Below are positions 10,340-19,980 of a stretch of 64,000 nt of DNA, piece after piece. The notes beneath the pieces were generated by a model, which saw only the letters and a list, made by a program, of their open reading frames with translations, did not search any database and was not told where the DNA came from. Source of the stretch: an uncultured Candidatus Saccharibacteria bacterium (GTDB lineage Bacteria; Patescibacteriota; Minisyncoccia; Ryanbacterales; GWA2-47-10b); contig CAZZGX010000027.1 in assembly GCA_964653715.1 (NCBI GenBank), forward strand, positions 1,836 through 65,835. The letters run 5' to 3'. Both the position numbers and the translations under genes were made by a program. Positions within the stretch are counted from its first letter, which is position 1, and each line of letters opens with the position of its first letter.

Positions 10340-11587
10340 ATGAAGAGAAAAATATTTTTTTGGCTTATATCTCTTCTGGTATTTGTACCAGTCTTTTTTA
10401 CAAAAGGAGCTCTTGTTGATGACCTCCAAAAAAAAATTCAGGACCGAGAGAGCGAGATCAAGACGCTTGAAGCCGAGATTGCCCAGTATCAAGGCGTGCT
10501 GGAGAAACAAACGGGAGTTTCAAAAACTCTCAAGGATGAGATCAGCCGGCTTGAAAATGAAATTAAAAAACTGAACGCGAATATTACGCTCACACAAAAC
10601 CGTATAGCAAAAACCGAGCTCACGATTCAAGAATTATCGCTCATGATCACAGACAAGGAAAAAAATATCGAGAGGGATACCGATTCGCTTCGCGAGCTCT
10701 TGCGTTCAATGAATGAGAGCGATGAACTATCAATTATCGAAGTTCTTCTTTCGCGCCCCGTTGTTTCAGATTTTTTGGGGGATATCCAGTCCTATGAAAC
10801 TATCAGCTCAAGCGTAGAAGACAAATTGGTCCTGTTACAAAATGAGAAAAAAGAGTTGCTCGCTGAGCGAAGTATAAAAGAAAACGAACAGACAAACCTT
10901 ACGGTATTAAAAGAAGACCTTTTGGGTCGCAAGACCGCGGAAGTCTCCTTGGGCGGAACGAAGAAAAAACTTTTGAAAGACAGTAAAAACCAAGAAACTG
11001 TATATTCAAAAATGCTTCGCGAGCGTGAAGCACGGCGGGCACTTGTACAGAAAGAAACGCAAGATATCGAAAGTCAGTTGAAGCTTCTGATTGATCCAAG
11101 TTCTTTGCCGCAAAAAAGGCCTGGAGTTCTTTCAGCTCCGGTTCTTGATCTCTTTATAACCCAACAGTTTGGCTTTACTGATTTTGCCTTAACGTATGGC
11201 TCCGACGTGTATCGCGGCAAGGGCCATAATGGAATTGATGTGCGGGCTCCAATTGGAACACGCGTACTTGCAGCCGCAGACGGAGTTGTCAAACATATCG
11301 GCAATACAGACGCTATTTGCCCGGGAGGATCCTATGGTAAATATATAGTTATTGAGCATCCAAACAATCTTTCAACGCTCTACGGACACCTTGCCTTAAT
11401 GAGCGTGACTCAAGGTCAAAAGATCACGCGTGGAGAGGGGATCGGGTATTCCGGAAATACCGGGTATTCAACGGGGCCGCATCTGCATTTTACGGTATAT
11501 GCCTCCAATACCTACCGGCTCGCGAAAACCGTTCATTGTGGGCTTATCCCTGCCGGTGGGTATCTTAATCCAACAGATTATTTATAA
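10340..11587 (+). CDS. M23 family metallopeptidase with N-terminal coiled coil (EnvC-like murein hydrolase activator/peptidase)
   Basis: Signal/TM, a long coiled coil, then an M23 domain carrying HxxxD and HLHF motifs (GHNGIDV, PHLHFTVY). Confidence 0.8.
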   Translation: MKRKIFFWLISLLVFVPVFFTKGALVDDLQKKIQDRESEIKTLEAEIAQYQGVLEKQTGVSKTLKDEISRLENEIKKLNANITLTQNRIAKTELTIQELSLMITDKEKNIERDTDSLRELLRSMNESDELSIIEVLLSRPVVSDFLGDIQSYETISSSVEDKLVLLQNEKKELLAERSIKENEQTNLTVLKEDLLGRKTAEVSLGGTKKKLLKDSKNQETVYSKMLREREARRALVQKETQDIESQLKLLIDPSSLPQKRPGVLSAPVLDLFITQQFGFTDFALTYGSDVYRGKGHNGIDVRAPIGTRVLAAADGVVKHIGNTDAICPGGSYGKYIVIEHPNNLSTLYGHLALMSVTQGQKITRGEGIGYSGNTGYSTGPHLHFTVYASNTYRLAKTVHCGLIPAGGYLNPTDYL

Positions 11588-11594
11588 TAGAACA

Positions 11595-11804
11595 ATGAAT
11601 CGCGGTTTTATCCAACTCATTATCATTGTTATAATGGCAGTCGTCATTCTAAGTCTGCTCGGAGTATCGATCAGCGCGTTTGTCAATAACTCAACACTGC
11701 GCGACAATTTTGCCTACCTGTGGAGTTGGCTTACTTCGCTTTGGAATAATTTTGCTGGCCAGTACTTCTGGCAATTCTTTAATTTTGTTAGGTCGAAAGT
11801 TTAG
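11595..11804 (+). CDS. Small hydrophobic protein (hypothetical)
   Basis: 69-aa ORF with one TM segment directly after the M23 gene. No SD. Confidence 0.25.
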   Translation: MNRGFIQLIIIVIMAVVILSLLGVSISAFVNNSTLRDNFAYLWSWLTSLWNNFAGQYFWQFFNFVRSKV

Positions 11805-12212
11805 ATTGAGCGCTGCTTCGCATGAGGGCCCCGTCATGCTTCGGAAATGAAGACATGTATTTATAATTATTGATAAATATAGTTGAGGTCTTTTCTCGAG
11901 CAATGTTGGATAGCGCATAAGCGCCAACCGGTCCGATAAAAGACTATTAAATTATTTTTACCGGGAACATGAGGCCCTCGTGCCAAACAACGCATATCAT
12001 TAATGAAAAGAGCTTTTGCTACCAGTCTATCATAGGTAACGCCTAGTATCTTCGTTGAGTTTCAAGAATTTGGGTTATTTTAGTGCAAGAGTTGTGTAAA
12101 AAATGTGCAAAAGGAGAGTATAAAAAGGCTCGAATGCTAAACACGTCGCAAAAGGTATATTGTGCGACCTATTCTCATAGTGAACAAATGACTAGTAAGA
12201 TACACTATCTCT

Positions 12213-13376
12213 ATGCGCGTCAGCTATTCGGCACTTGATACCTACAAAAAGTGCCCGCAAAAGTATAAATTTCAAGAAATAGAAAGGCGAAAAGCCCCAA
12301 AATCCAAAGAGGCCCTTTTTGGGACCGCGGTTCACGAGGCGCTCAAATACATGTTTTCGCGAGATCCCCTCTTTCCGACGCTCGAGGAAGTTCTTGCCAG
12401 TTTTAGGGAAATGTTGGCGGGTTCAAAAATCGCGGATATCGAAAAAAAACGTTACGAGGCATCTGGCGAGAAAATGATTCGGACTTTTTTCGTCAAAAAT
12501 CCGCCGTGGAATTTTACCGTCATTGACCTCGAATCTTGCTTTGAAGTAGCGCTCAATGACGCGCGTACCGGGCGTAATCACGTGCTTGTAGGTAAAATCG
12601 ACCGGATTGACAAGCCGGACGAGCAAACCTACGAAATTATCGATTATAAAACATCTTCCAAGCTTCCTTCCCAGGAAACGGTTGACGAAAACCTCCAGCT
12701 CTCGCTTTATCACCTTGGGATCAAGAAACGCTGGCCACATATCGAGCCCAAAAACGTCATCCTCTCGCTCTATTTCTTGAAAGCGGGAGAGAAGCTCTCG
12801 ACTCACCGTGAGGAAGCGGCACTTCGCGAAACGGAAGAAAAAATCCTTGCCGATATCCGCACCATTGAACAAAAAATGGGAAAGGACGAATTTCCTCCCA
12901 CTCCTTCGGCGCTTTGCAACTGGTGCGGCTACCGCCCCATTTGCCCCGCGTGGCGACATCTTTATGAAAAAGACGCGGCACCGCTCCCTCAAAAAATGGA
13001 GGTTGAGAAGATGATCGGCGATTATGCCCAACTCAAATCAGAGATTGCCGAGCGCGAAGGAGAGCTTAAAAAGATTTCTAGCGCGATTCATGAGTACTTA
13101 AACGAAACTGGTCTCGAGCGGCTTTTTGGCAACTCTCTGGTTCTCGCGCGAAAAATTCAGGAACGCTCCTCGGTGGATCTTGAAAAACTGCAAACCATAC
13201 TTGAGCCCGCCGGACTCTGGCAGCAAGTCCTCGCCCCCGATCCGAAACTTCTCAAAAAACTTCTCCCTACCCTATCGGAAGATATTCAAGAAAAAGTAAA
13301 AGAAGCAATTTTCATCAAAAAATTCACCGTGCTTTCCTTAAGCAAAAAGAAACCAAATGAAAAAGAGCGGCCATAA
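12213..13376 (+). CDS. PD-(D/E)XK nuclease family protein, RecB/Cas4-like with Fe-S cysteine set and C-terminal coiled-coil extension
   Basis: N-terminal Cys (CPQKY) plus a C-terminal CNWCGYRPICPAW triad form a Cas4/AddB-type 4Fe-4S arrangement. Nuclease core GKIDRID ... YEIIDYKTS matches D...(D/E)xK. Confidence 0.7.
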   Translation: MRVSYSALDTYKKCPQKYKFQEIERRKAPKSKEALFGTAVHEALKYMFSRDPLFPTLEEVLASFREMLAGSKIADIEKKRYEASGEKMIRTFFVKNPPWNFTVIDLESCFEVALNDARTGRNHVLVGKIDRIDKPDEQTYEIIDYKTSSKLPSQETVDENLQLSLYHLGIKKRWPHIEPKNVILSLYFLKAGEKLSTHREEAALRETEEKILADIRTIEQKMGKDEFPPTPSALCNWCGYRPICPAWRHLYEKDAAPLPQKMEVEKMIGDYAQLKSEIAEREGELKKISSAIHEYLNETGLERLFGNSLVLARKIQERSSVDLEKLQTILEPAGLWQQVLAPDPKLLKKLLPTLSEDIQEKVKEAIFIKKFTVLSLSKKKPNEKERP

Positions 13377-13401
13377 TCCTTGTCTTGGCGTCAAACGGAT
13401 T

Positions 13402-13740
13402 TCAGAGGCAGGTTTTGGAGCGGTCGAAGCCGGCTTTTTGGGCCTCTAGTTCTGACGAAAAGTAGATTTTGTTTTCGTCTTTGATGTTGGTCTTGCAATC
13501 AATTGGATAGTATTTCTGTCCGGTGCGGCTTGCCATATAGAGCATATCCTCTACGGGACTCCCTGCGTCCTTATTTGGAATTTCAAAGGCACGCTCGTTA
13601 TATCGAATCGGGAATCTTTTTGTAGAAATCGTATAAAGGCGAAGCCCACCCGCGATGCAAAGGACCAAAAGAAAAACCGCGAGAAATGTAAAGAGCGGCT
13701 CTTGCCAGCCCTTGATTTTTTCTTTCAGGTCGGGTATCAT
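13402..13740 (-). CDS. Membrane-anchored protein with Ada-like (Ada_Zn_binding-fold) domain, Cys set degenerate
   Basis: N-terminal TM, then YYPIDCKTNIKDENKIYFSSELEAQKAGFDRSKTC. This resembles the Ada N-terminal pattern Y..C......EN..F.S..EA..AGFRPCK.C, but only two of four Cys are present. Start moved to the internal ATG (13740) so the rpmA promoter region stays free. Confidence 0.4.
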   Translation of the reverse strand: MIPDLKEKIKGWQEPLFTFLAVFLLVLCIAGGLRLYTISTKRFPIRYNERAFEIPNKDAGSPVEDMLYMASRTGQKYYPIDCKTNIKDENKIYFSSELEAQKAGFDRSKTCL

Positions 13741-13778
13741 ACGAAACAACGTTAGCAAATATAATAATTTAGGCAATT

Positions 13779-14051
13779 ATGGCGCATACTAAAGCCGGAG
13801 GGTCTACACAAAACCTTCGCGACTCACAACCAAAATTCCTCGGTGTAAAGCTCTTTGCAGGTGAAAAAGCTCAACCCGGGTCTATTATCATCCGCCAGCG
13901 CGGCACGCGATTTATGGCAGGATCAAACGTCCGAACGGGCAAAGATCATACGCTCTATGCCATCAAAGAGGGTGTCGTGAAATTCTCTCGAAAGCGCAAA
14001 ATACGTTTCGATGGCAATACTGTGCATCGCAACGTAGTCAGCGTCGGATAA
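13779..14051 (+). CDS. rpmA: 50S ribosomal protein L27
   Basis: [24 protein letters not shown]... is a canonical L27 N-terminus. Confidence 0.95.
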   Translation: MAHTKAGGSTQNLRDSQPKFLGVKLFAGEKAQPGSIIIRQRGTRFMAGSNVRTGKDHTLYAIKEGVVKFSRKRKIRFDGNTVHRNVVSVG

Positions 14052-14077
14052 AAAAAAAGAGGACAGAGTCCTCTATC
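14051..14077. terminator. Bidirectional intrinsic terminator (A8 - AGAGGAC/GTCCTCT hairpin)
   Basis: Perfect 7-bp stem flanked by an A-run on plus and a T-run on minus. It ends the rpmA transcript and the pyrG-side minus transcript. Confidence 0.6.
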
Positions 14078-14249
14078 TTGGCGACTTTTGCAAGGAGCCA
14101 CATTTGGAGCAGGTATATAAAATTCCGGCGCCGTGTGTAGCCATTATTTGAGCATCACAACAATCACTTCTTTCGGCAACTTTGCCTTTTGAAGTTTCTG
14201 TAACGCCTCGAGACTTTGCATTTTCGATCTCGATAATCTTTGACTTCAT
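14073..14249 (-). CDS. Small (58 aa) putative zinc-ribbon protein, not in ORF track
   Basis: Hand translation: MKSKIIEIENAKSRGVTETSKGKVAERSDCCDAQIMATHGAGILYTCSKCGSLQKSPR. GGAGGTGGG lies immediately 5' of the ATG. The stop is embedded in an intrinsic terminator hairpin (AGAGGAC-AGA-GTCCTCT) followed by T8 on the minus strand. Confidence 0.4.
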   Translation of the reverse strand: MKSKIIEIENAKSRGVTETSKGKVAERSDCCDAQIMATHGAGILYTCSKCGSLQKSPR

Positions 14250-14273
14250 CCCACCTCCGAAAGAACTCTTTTG

Positions 14274-15947
14274 TTATATTTTACGTTTTATCTTGGCTCG
14301 TGGCAATGACGTATCTTTCGCGCGCTTATTTTTAATCGCGGCCTTGATAAATTCGCGAAAAAGTGGGTGTGGAACAAGCGGCCGTGATAAAAATTCGGGG
14401 TGAAATTGAACACCAAGAAAAAATGGGTGCTCTTTGATCTCTGCGATTTCGACTAATTTTTGCTGGGGATTGATGCCTGAGATGATAAGGCCCTTTTTTT
14501 CAAGTCGCCCAAGTAGTTTCGAGTTGACTTCATAGCGATGGCGATGGCGCTCTTTGATTTTTGGAAGGCTATACGCGCGCTCAGCGATTGTGCCTTTTAT
14601 AATCCTGCAATCATAGAGCCCAAGACGCATCGAGCCCCCGTAATGTTTTTGAGAAATAAGCGCTTCTTGCTCAGGAAGGATATCAATAACGGGATAAGGC
14701 GTTTTTTTGTCGATCTCGGTTGTATGCGCGTGGGCCATTCGGGCAACATTTCGCGCGAACTCAACCACCATAAGCTGCATCCCATAGCAAAGGCCAAAAT
14801 AGGGTATTTTTTCGTGCCGGCAAAATTCTATAACTTTAATTTTACCCTCAATCCCCCGTCCCCCGAAACCACCAGGAACTACAATGCCGTCATAAAGTTT
14901 TAGATCCTTGAGCGCGCGGGGATTTTTTTCATACTCTTCGGCATCGAGCCAGTGAAGCTCTGGTTCGCGCTTAAAAAACCATGTAGCATGCTTGAGCGCC
15001 TCTATAACGGAAATGTATGAGTCGGCAAGCGAAAAGGAGCCTGTCGAGAAGTATTTCCCGACGATGCCAATCTTTACGGTAGACTTTCCCGGCTTGCGGA
15101 TCACCGTTACCAAGCGGCGCCACTCTTTGAGGTCAGTCTTTTTTTTCTTGAGGCCTAACTTTTTGAGGACAAGGCCCCCGAGGTTATCTTTTTCAAAATT
15201 AAGCGGTACCTCATAGATTGAATCGATGTCGGGTGCTGAGATAATATCCTCTTCGTTGAGATTTGAGGCGACCGAAAGTTTGCGCTTTCGCGGAAGATCA
15301 AGTGGTTCGGAGGCGCGCGCTAAAATGATGTCAGGCTGGATTCCGGCAGCGTTGAGTGTCCGGACGGCGTATTGTGTGGGTTTGGTTTTCATCTCGCCAA
15401 TTTTGTCCGGAATCGGCAAGTAGCTGACCATGACAAAAAGAACGTCTTTTGGATGGCGGAGTTTCATCATGCGCGCCGCTTCCAGAAAAAGAAGATTTTG
15501 GTACTCCCCTACCGTGCCGCCGATTTCGATTAAAAGAATATCAGCGTGATCTTTTTTCTGCGCGCGCTCGATCCTAGAGATTATCTCTTCGGGGATGTGG
15601 GGTACCACCTCAACGCATTTTCCGTCGTATTCAAGACTGCGTTCTTTTTCAATCACCGACTGATACACCATCCCAGTCGTCATGTAATTGACACGAAAGA
15701 GCGACCGATTTAAAAAACGTTCGTAATTGCCGATATCCTGATCGCACTCGAGCCCGTCGCTCGTCACGAACACCTCTCCGTGCTCAGTAGGATTCATCGT
15801 TCCCGCGTCAACGTTAATATAGGGGTCAATTTTCATCGCCGAAACACGAAAACCGTAGGACTGAAGAATTTTTCCAAGCGATGAGGTGGCAATTCCCTTG
15901 CCAATCCCCGACATCACTCCACCCGTTACAAAAATAAACTTGTTCAT
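14274..15947 (-). CDS. pyrG: CTP synthase
   Basis: N-terminus MNKFIFVTGGVMSGIGKGI and a C-terminal glutamine amidotransferase domain (GLCYGMQ). Confidence 0.95.
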   Translation of the reverse strand: MNKFIFVTGGVMSGIGKGIATSSLGKILQSYGFRVSAMKIDPYINVDAGTMNPTEHGEVFVTSDGLECDQDIGNYERFLNRSLFRVNYMTTGMVYQSVIEKERSLEYDGKCVEVVPHIPEEIISRIERAQKKDHADILLIEIGGTVGEYQNLLFLEAARMMKLRHPKDVLFVMVSYLPIPDKIGEMKTKPTQYAVRTLNAAGIQPDIILARASEPLDLPRKRKLSVASNLNEEDIISAPDIDSIYEVPLNFEKDNLGGLVLKKLGLKKKKTDLKEWRRLVTVIRKPGKSTVKIGIVGKYFSTGSFSLADSYISVIEALKHATWFFKREPELHWLDAEEYEKNPRALKDLKLYDGIVVPGGFGGRGIEGKIKVIEFCRHEKIPYFGLCYGMQLMVVEFARNVARMAHAHTTEIDKKTPYPVIDILPEQEALISQKHYGGSMRLGLYDCRIIKGTIAERAYSLPKIKERHRHRYEVNSKLLGRLEKKGLIISGINPQQKLVEIAEIKEHPFFLGVQFHPEFLSRPLVPHPLFREFIKAAIKNKRAKDTSLPRAKIKRKI

Positions 15948-16384
15948 ACTGGGTTTATTCTTACACGAATAGGAATTTTTTTCTTCCCAAGCCGGATCGT
16001 GATCATGTGTTCGCCAGCCGTTTTAAGCGGTAACCCCTCAATTTCTTCATCTTTAATAAAAGAAAAGCCGGAGCGGTGAAGCAGTAGTGCCGCTTCCTCC
16101 TTGGTAAACGCCGCGAATAAATGCCCTTTTTCGTTCACCTTTTTATGTACTTCGAGAGTAACATCTGAAAGGCGTGTTTCATATTCATAGCGCGCCTCGA
16201 GCTTTTTTTCCTTATTTTTTGCAATAGACTCTCGACGCGTTGCCGCGTCATGAATTGAGGATGCGTCAGCTAACCGTGCCAGCCCTTCTCGGATTAAATA
16301 GTTTCTGCCGTAGCCGTCCTTAACCTCGACTACCTCGCCTTTTTGCCCAACCCGGGCGATATCTTTGAGGAGAAGGACTCTCAT
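15944..16384 (-). CDS. rplI: 50S ribosomal protein L9
   Basis: MRVLLLKDIARVGQKGEVVEVKDGYGRNYLI matches the L9 N-domain. Confidence 0.9.
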   Translation of the reverse strand: MRVLLLKDIARVGQKGEVVEVKDGYGRNYLIREGLARLADASSIHDAATRRESIAKNKEKKLEARYEYETRLSDVTLEVHKKVNEKGHLFAAFTKEEAALLLHRSGFSFIKDEEIEGLPLKTAGEHMITIRLGKKKIPIRVRINPV

Positions 16385-16385
16385 G

Positions 16386-17588
16386 TTAACGAGATCGCAA
16401 GTACACTATGGCTTTCTCGAGTACTGGATCCTCGCCGGGCTTTACGTCGTCAGGAACTTTTACTTCAATGTCAGGCGTAAGTCCTTCTTTAGAAATCGAT
16501 TTGCCCTTGGGCGTCAGCCACTTGGCGATGGTAATTTTAAGCGATGTATTAGGAGTGATGTCTTCGAGCTGCTGAACGGAACCTTTGCCAAACGTTTTTT
16601 CGCCCATTAAGATGGCCTTTCCGTGCTCCTGCAAGGCACCTGATAAAATTTCGGCAGCCGATGCCGTACCGCGATCTATGAGTACAACCGTAGGTATGTG
16701 CTCAAGCGCACGGTATCCCACACTTCGAAAAATATCAGGTTTTCCCTCGCGATACACTTCCTGTGCGACCACGTCTCCTTCCGGTAAAAACCAGCTCGCG
16801 ATATCAACAGCCGAGCTGAAAAATCCTCCTGGATTGTTGCGAAGATCAATGATGAGCTTTTTCGCACCCGAATTAAGAAACGTTCGCACCGCATCTCCAA
16901 ACTCGGGACCCGACTTCTCCGAGAAACTCGCTACGTGAATAATAAATATCCCCTCTTTGGTTTCAGTAGTAATAATCGGCACTTTAATAACATCACGCAT
17001 CACCTCCACAACCCGCGGCTTGTCTTCATTGACGCGAAGAATAGTCAATGTAACTTTCGTGCCGCGTTCTCCCCGGATTTTATGCACCGCCTCATCCAAA
17101 GAAAGATCGTTTGTAAATGTATCATCTATTTTTAAAATTTTATCCCCCGCTTTGAGCCCGGCTTTCTCCGCGGGCGAACCTTTAATCGGGGCAATTACCG
17201 TTAGAATTTCCTTACGGACACCGATCTCGGCTCCGATGCCAGAAAATTCACCTTTTATCTCGCTTTGAAAATCCTGCAGATCAGCGGGTGGAAAAAATGT
17301 TGAGTAGGGATCACCAAAGCTTTTCACCATTCCCTCGATAGCTCCCCATACGAGGGCCTGCCGGTTCACGGGCTCGTCCCCCACATGCTTGGCCTCCATA
17401 AGCCTCCAGGCCTTCCAGAATGGCTCGAAATCGACAGAATCGGCCTCTGGCGCGTTTTTGTTGAGCACGCCTAGAATGTGAGCCACTTCGGGACGCGTCT
17501 GATACCCATACAAGGCCCCAAAACTAAAAGAAGCGCCAACGATAACGAACGCAAGCACTATAACAAAGATAGATTTTCCTCTCGCCAT
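16386..17588 (-). CDS. ctpA: Carboxyl-terminal processing protease (S41)
   Basis: N-terminal TM, PDZ domain, S41 catalytic region (GxSxSAAE-like TASAAEIL) and a lysine dyad. Confidence 0.85.
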   Translation of the reverse strand: MARGKSIFVIVLAFVIVGASFSFGALYGYQTRPEVAHILGVLNKNAPEADSVDFEPFWKAWRLMEAKHVGDEPVNRQALVWGAIEGMVKSFGDPYSTFFPPADLQDFQSEIKGEFSGIGAEIGVRKEILTVIAPIKGSPAEKAGLKAGDKILKIDDTFTNDLSLDEAVHKIRGERGTKVTLTILRVNEDKPRVVEVMRDVIKVPIITTETKEGIFIIHVASFSEKSGPEFGDAVRTFLNSGAKKLIIDLRNNPGGFFSSAVDIASWFLPEGDVVAQEVYREGKPDIFRSVGYRALEHIPTVVLIDRGTASAAEILSGALQEHGKAILMGEKTFGKGSVQQLEDITPNTSLKITIAKWLTPKGKSISKEGLTPDIEVKVPDDVKPGEDPVLEKAIVYLRSR

Positions 17589-17652
17589 GTACGAATACTA
17601 GTATCTCAAATAATTTTATCTGAAGCAAGAAGTCGTGGTATGATTACGGTAT

Positions 17653-18561
17653 ATGGAAAAAGTTGCCTCGCGGCACGTGACATGGGTGGATGTCGAAAAT
17701 CCCACGGAAGCTGAAATCAAGATGCTTTCGCTCAAACATATGATCCATCCGCTTGCCGCCCGTGAAATGCAGATTACCACCTACCGTCCCAAACTAGAGC
17801 GCTATGAAGAGCATCTCTATCTTGTCCTTCACTTTCCCGTATTTGAACCAAAAGCAAGCTCGAGTCAAAGCCGCGAAATTGATTTTTTAATTTTTCCCTA
17901 CACACTTGTAACCGTCCACTACGAACCAATCCCGCAGCTCGATGATTATCAAAAACTTCTCGCCGAACATGAAGCAATTCGGGAACGGACGTTTGGCTCC
18001 TCAAGCGGCCACCTGCTCTACAACATCATCAGCCAGCTCTTCGCGGTTTCACGCAAAGATCTCGACTTCATAGAATCCAAAATCAAAAATATCGAGGAAC
18101 GCGTGTTTAATGGAGACGGGCGGGTGCTACGTGAAATTGCCCTCTTGCGCAGAGACATCCTCAATTTTCAGAAAGCGTTGAAACCGCAACAAACCGTACT
18201 CGATTCGCTTGAAGAGCACGGCAAACAGTTTTTTGGTCAAGACATGAAACCTTATTTCAGCGATATTAAGGGCGCCTACATACAGATCTGGAACTCGGTT
18301 GAAAATTTGAGGGAAACGCTGGACACGCTTTATGAAACCATTACTTCACTTATCGCCTCAAATACCAATGAAATTATTAAAACGCTCACCGTTTTTACTC
18401 TTGTCGTCATGCCAATCTCGCTGATTGCGTTTATTTTTTCTATGGATATTCCCGGCGTCCCGCTCAAAAATAACCCTAATGCTTTCTGGATTGTAACGAG
18501 CAGTATGATTGGGCTCTCATTGATCATCTATAACATTTTCAAACAAAAGAAATGGCTCTAG
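17653..18561 (+). CDS. corA: CorA family divalent cation transporter (GMN motif replaced by SMD)
   Basis: CorA-like cytoplasmic N-domain and two C-terminal TM helices. The signature position reads FIFSMDIP rather than YGMNF. An extended -10 (TGGTATGAT) sits about 11 nt upstream of the ATG, suggesting a near-leaderless transcript. Confidence 0.65.
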   Translation: MEKVASRHVTWVDVENPTEAEIKMLSLKHMIHPLAAREMQITTYRPKLERYEEHLYLVLHFPVFEPKASSSQSREIDFLIFPYTLVTVHYEPIPQLDDYQKLLAEHEAIRERTFGSSSGHLLYNIISQLFAVSRKDLDFIESKIKNIEERVFNGDGRVLREIALLRRDILNFQKALKPQQTVLDSLEEHGKQFFGQDMKPYFSDIKGAYIQIWNSVENLRETLDTLYETITSLIASNTNEIIKTLTVFTLVVMPISLIAFIFSMDIPGVPLKNNPNAFWIVTSSMIGLSLIIYNIFKQKKWL

Positions 18562-19922
18562 TGTTGTTCAACACTCTTTCAAGAAAGAAAGAGAAATTTA
18601 ATGTTCCCAAATTCCGTTCTGTCAAGCTCTATACCTGCGGGCCGACCGTATATCGTTCGCAACATATCGGAAATTATCGTACCTATATTTTTGAAGATAT
18701 TCTCAAACGGACCCTACTGCTCAACGGATACCGCGTACATCACATTACAAACGTCACTGATGTCGGGCACTTAACGTCTGATGATGACACGGGAAAGGAT
18801 AAAATCGAAAATGAAGCGCGCCGTATCCATAAAAATGCTTGGGACATTGCGAGACAATTCGAAAACGAATTTAAAAGCGACTCACGGGCGCTCAATATCC
18901 TCCCCCCTCAAAAATATGTCCGCGCCACCGATCACATCGTCGAACAGATTGCACTTATTAAAAAATTGGAGTCAAAAGGATATGTATACACAACAGGAGA
19001 CGGTTTATACTTTGATACTTCAAAAGTGAAAAATTATGGGGCACTCGCTGGGCGAGCTGCCGCGAGCACACGCGAGGGCTCTCGAGTAGAGATACGAAAA
19101 AAACGTCATGCGATGGATTTTGCGCTCTGGAAATTCTCTCCTGCTAGCGAGAAAAAACAAATGGAATGGTCCTCTCCGTGGGGCATCGGCTTTCCGGGGT
19201 GGCATATCGAGTGTTCCGCGATGAGCATGAAATATCTCGGCCCGACGCTCGATATCCACGCGGGAGGTACCGACCACATACAAATTCACCATCCCAATGA
19301 AATCGCGCAATCAGAAGCCGTAACTGGTAAAATATTTTCCCGTTTTTGGATGCACGGCGCGTTTCTTACGATCAAGGGAAGTAAAATGGCAAAATCCTCG
19401 CCCGAAACAAACCTGACGCTTGAGATGCTCCGGGAACACGCTTTTGATCCTCTTGATTTTCGATATCTCACGCTCGGAACACATTATCGTAAACCCCTAT
19501 CATTTAGCTGGGAAGCGCTGCGAGGGGCTCGTAATTCGCGGCTTAAACTCTTGGCTTCGTATAAAAATTTAAAAAAGCAAAAAGGCGCAAAAGACTCGAT
19601 ATTGAAAAAGGTCGTCCTCAAAGAACTCTCGGACGATTTGAATGCGCCAAAAGCACTCTCTTCTCTTTGGAAATACCACGAAAACATTTCGCAACACGCG
19701 GTTCTCTCTATAGACCATGCGTTTGGACTTGGTTTCAAAAAAGAATCAGAGAAAATCCGAAATCGAGTAATTCCTAATACAATAACAATCCTAGTTCAGG
19801 AACGAGAACGGTATCGCAAGGGAAAAAAATGGCAGAAGGCTGATCGCATCCGCCAAAAAATTGTAAAGGAGGGTTATACCATTGAGGATACCCCGTCCGG
19901 ACCGTTCGTACACAAGATATAA
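18552..19922 (+). CDS. cysS: Cysteinyl-tRNA synthetase
   Basis: YTCGPTVY...HIGN (HIGH-type) and KMAKS motifs, plus zinc-binding Cys residues. Confidence 0.9.
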   Translation: MALVLFNTLSRKKEKFNVPKFRSVKLYTCGPTVYRSQHIGNYRTYIFEDILKRTLLLNGYRVHHITNVTDVGHLTSDDDTGKDKIENEARRIHKNAWDIARQFENEFKSDSRALNILPPQKYVRATDHIVEQIALIKKLESKGYVYTTGDGLYFDTSKVKNYGALAGRAAASTREGSRVEIRKKRHAMDFALWKFSPASEKKQMEWSSPWGIGFPGWHIECSAMSMKYLGPTLDIHAGGTDHIQIHHPNEIAQSEAVTGKIFSRFWMHGAFLTIKGSKMAKSSPETNLTLEMLREHAFDPLDFRYLTLGTHYRKPLSFSWEALRGARNSRLKLLASYKNLKKQKGAKDSILKKVVLKELSDDLNAPKALSSLWKYHENISQHAVLSIDHAFGLGFKKESEKIRNRVIPNTITILVQERERYRKGKKWQKADRIRQKIVKEGYTIEDTPSGPFVHKI

Positions 19923-19980
19923 AGCTTTTCTAAACAAAAATTGGTTGCTACACCTTTGCACGTTCGGGTAGCATAGTACT

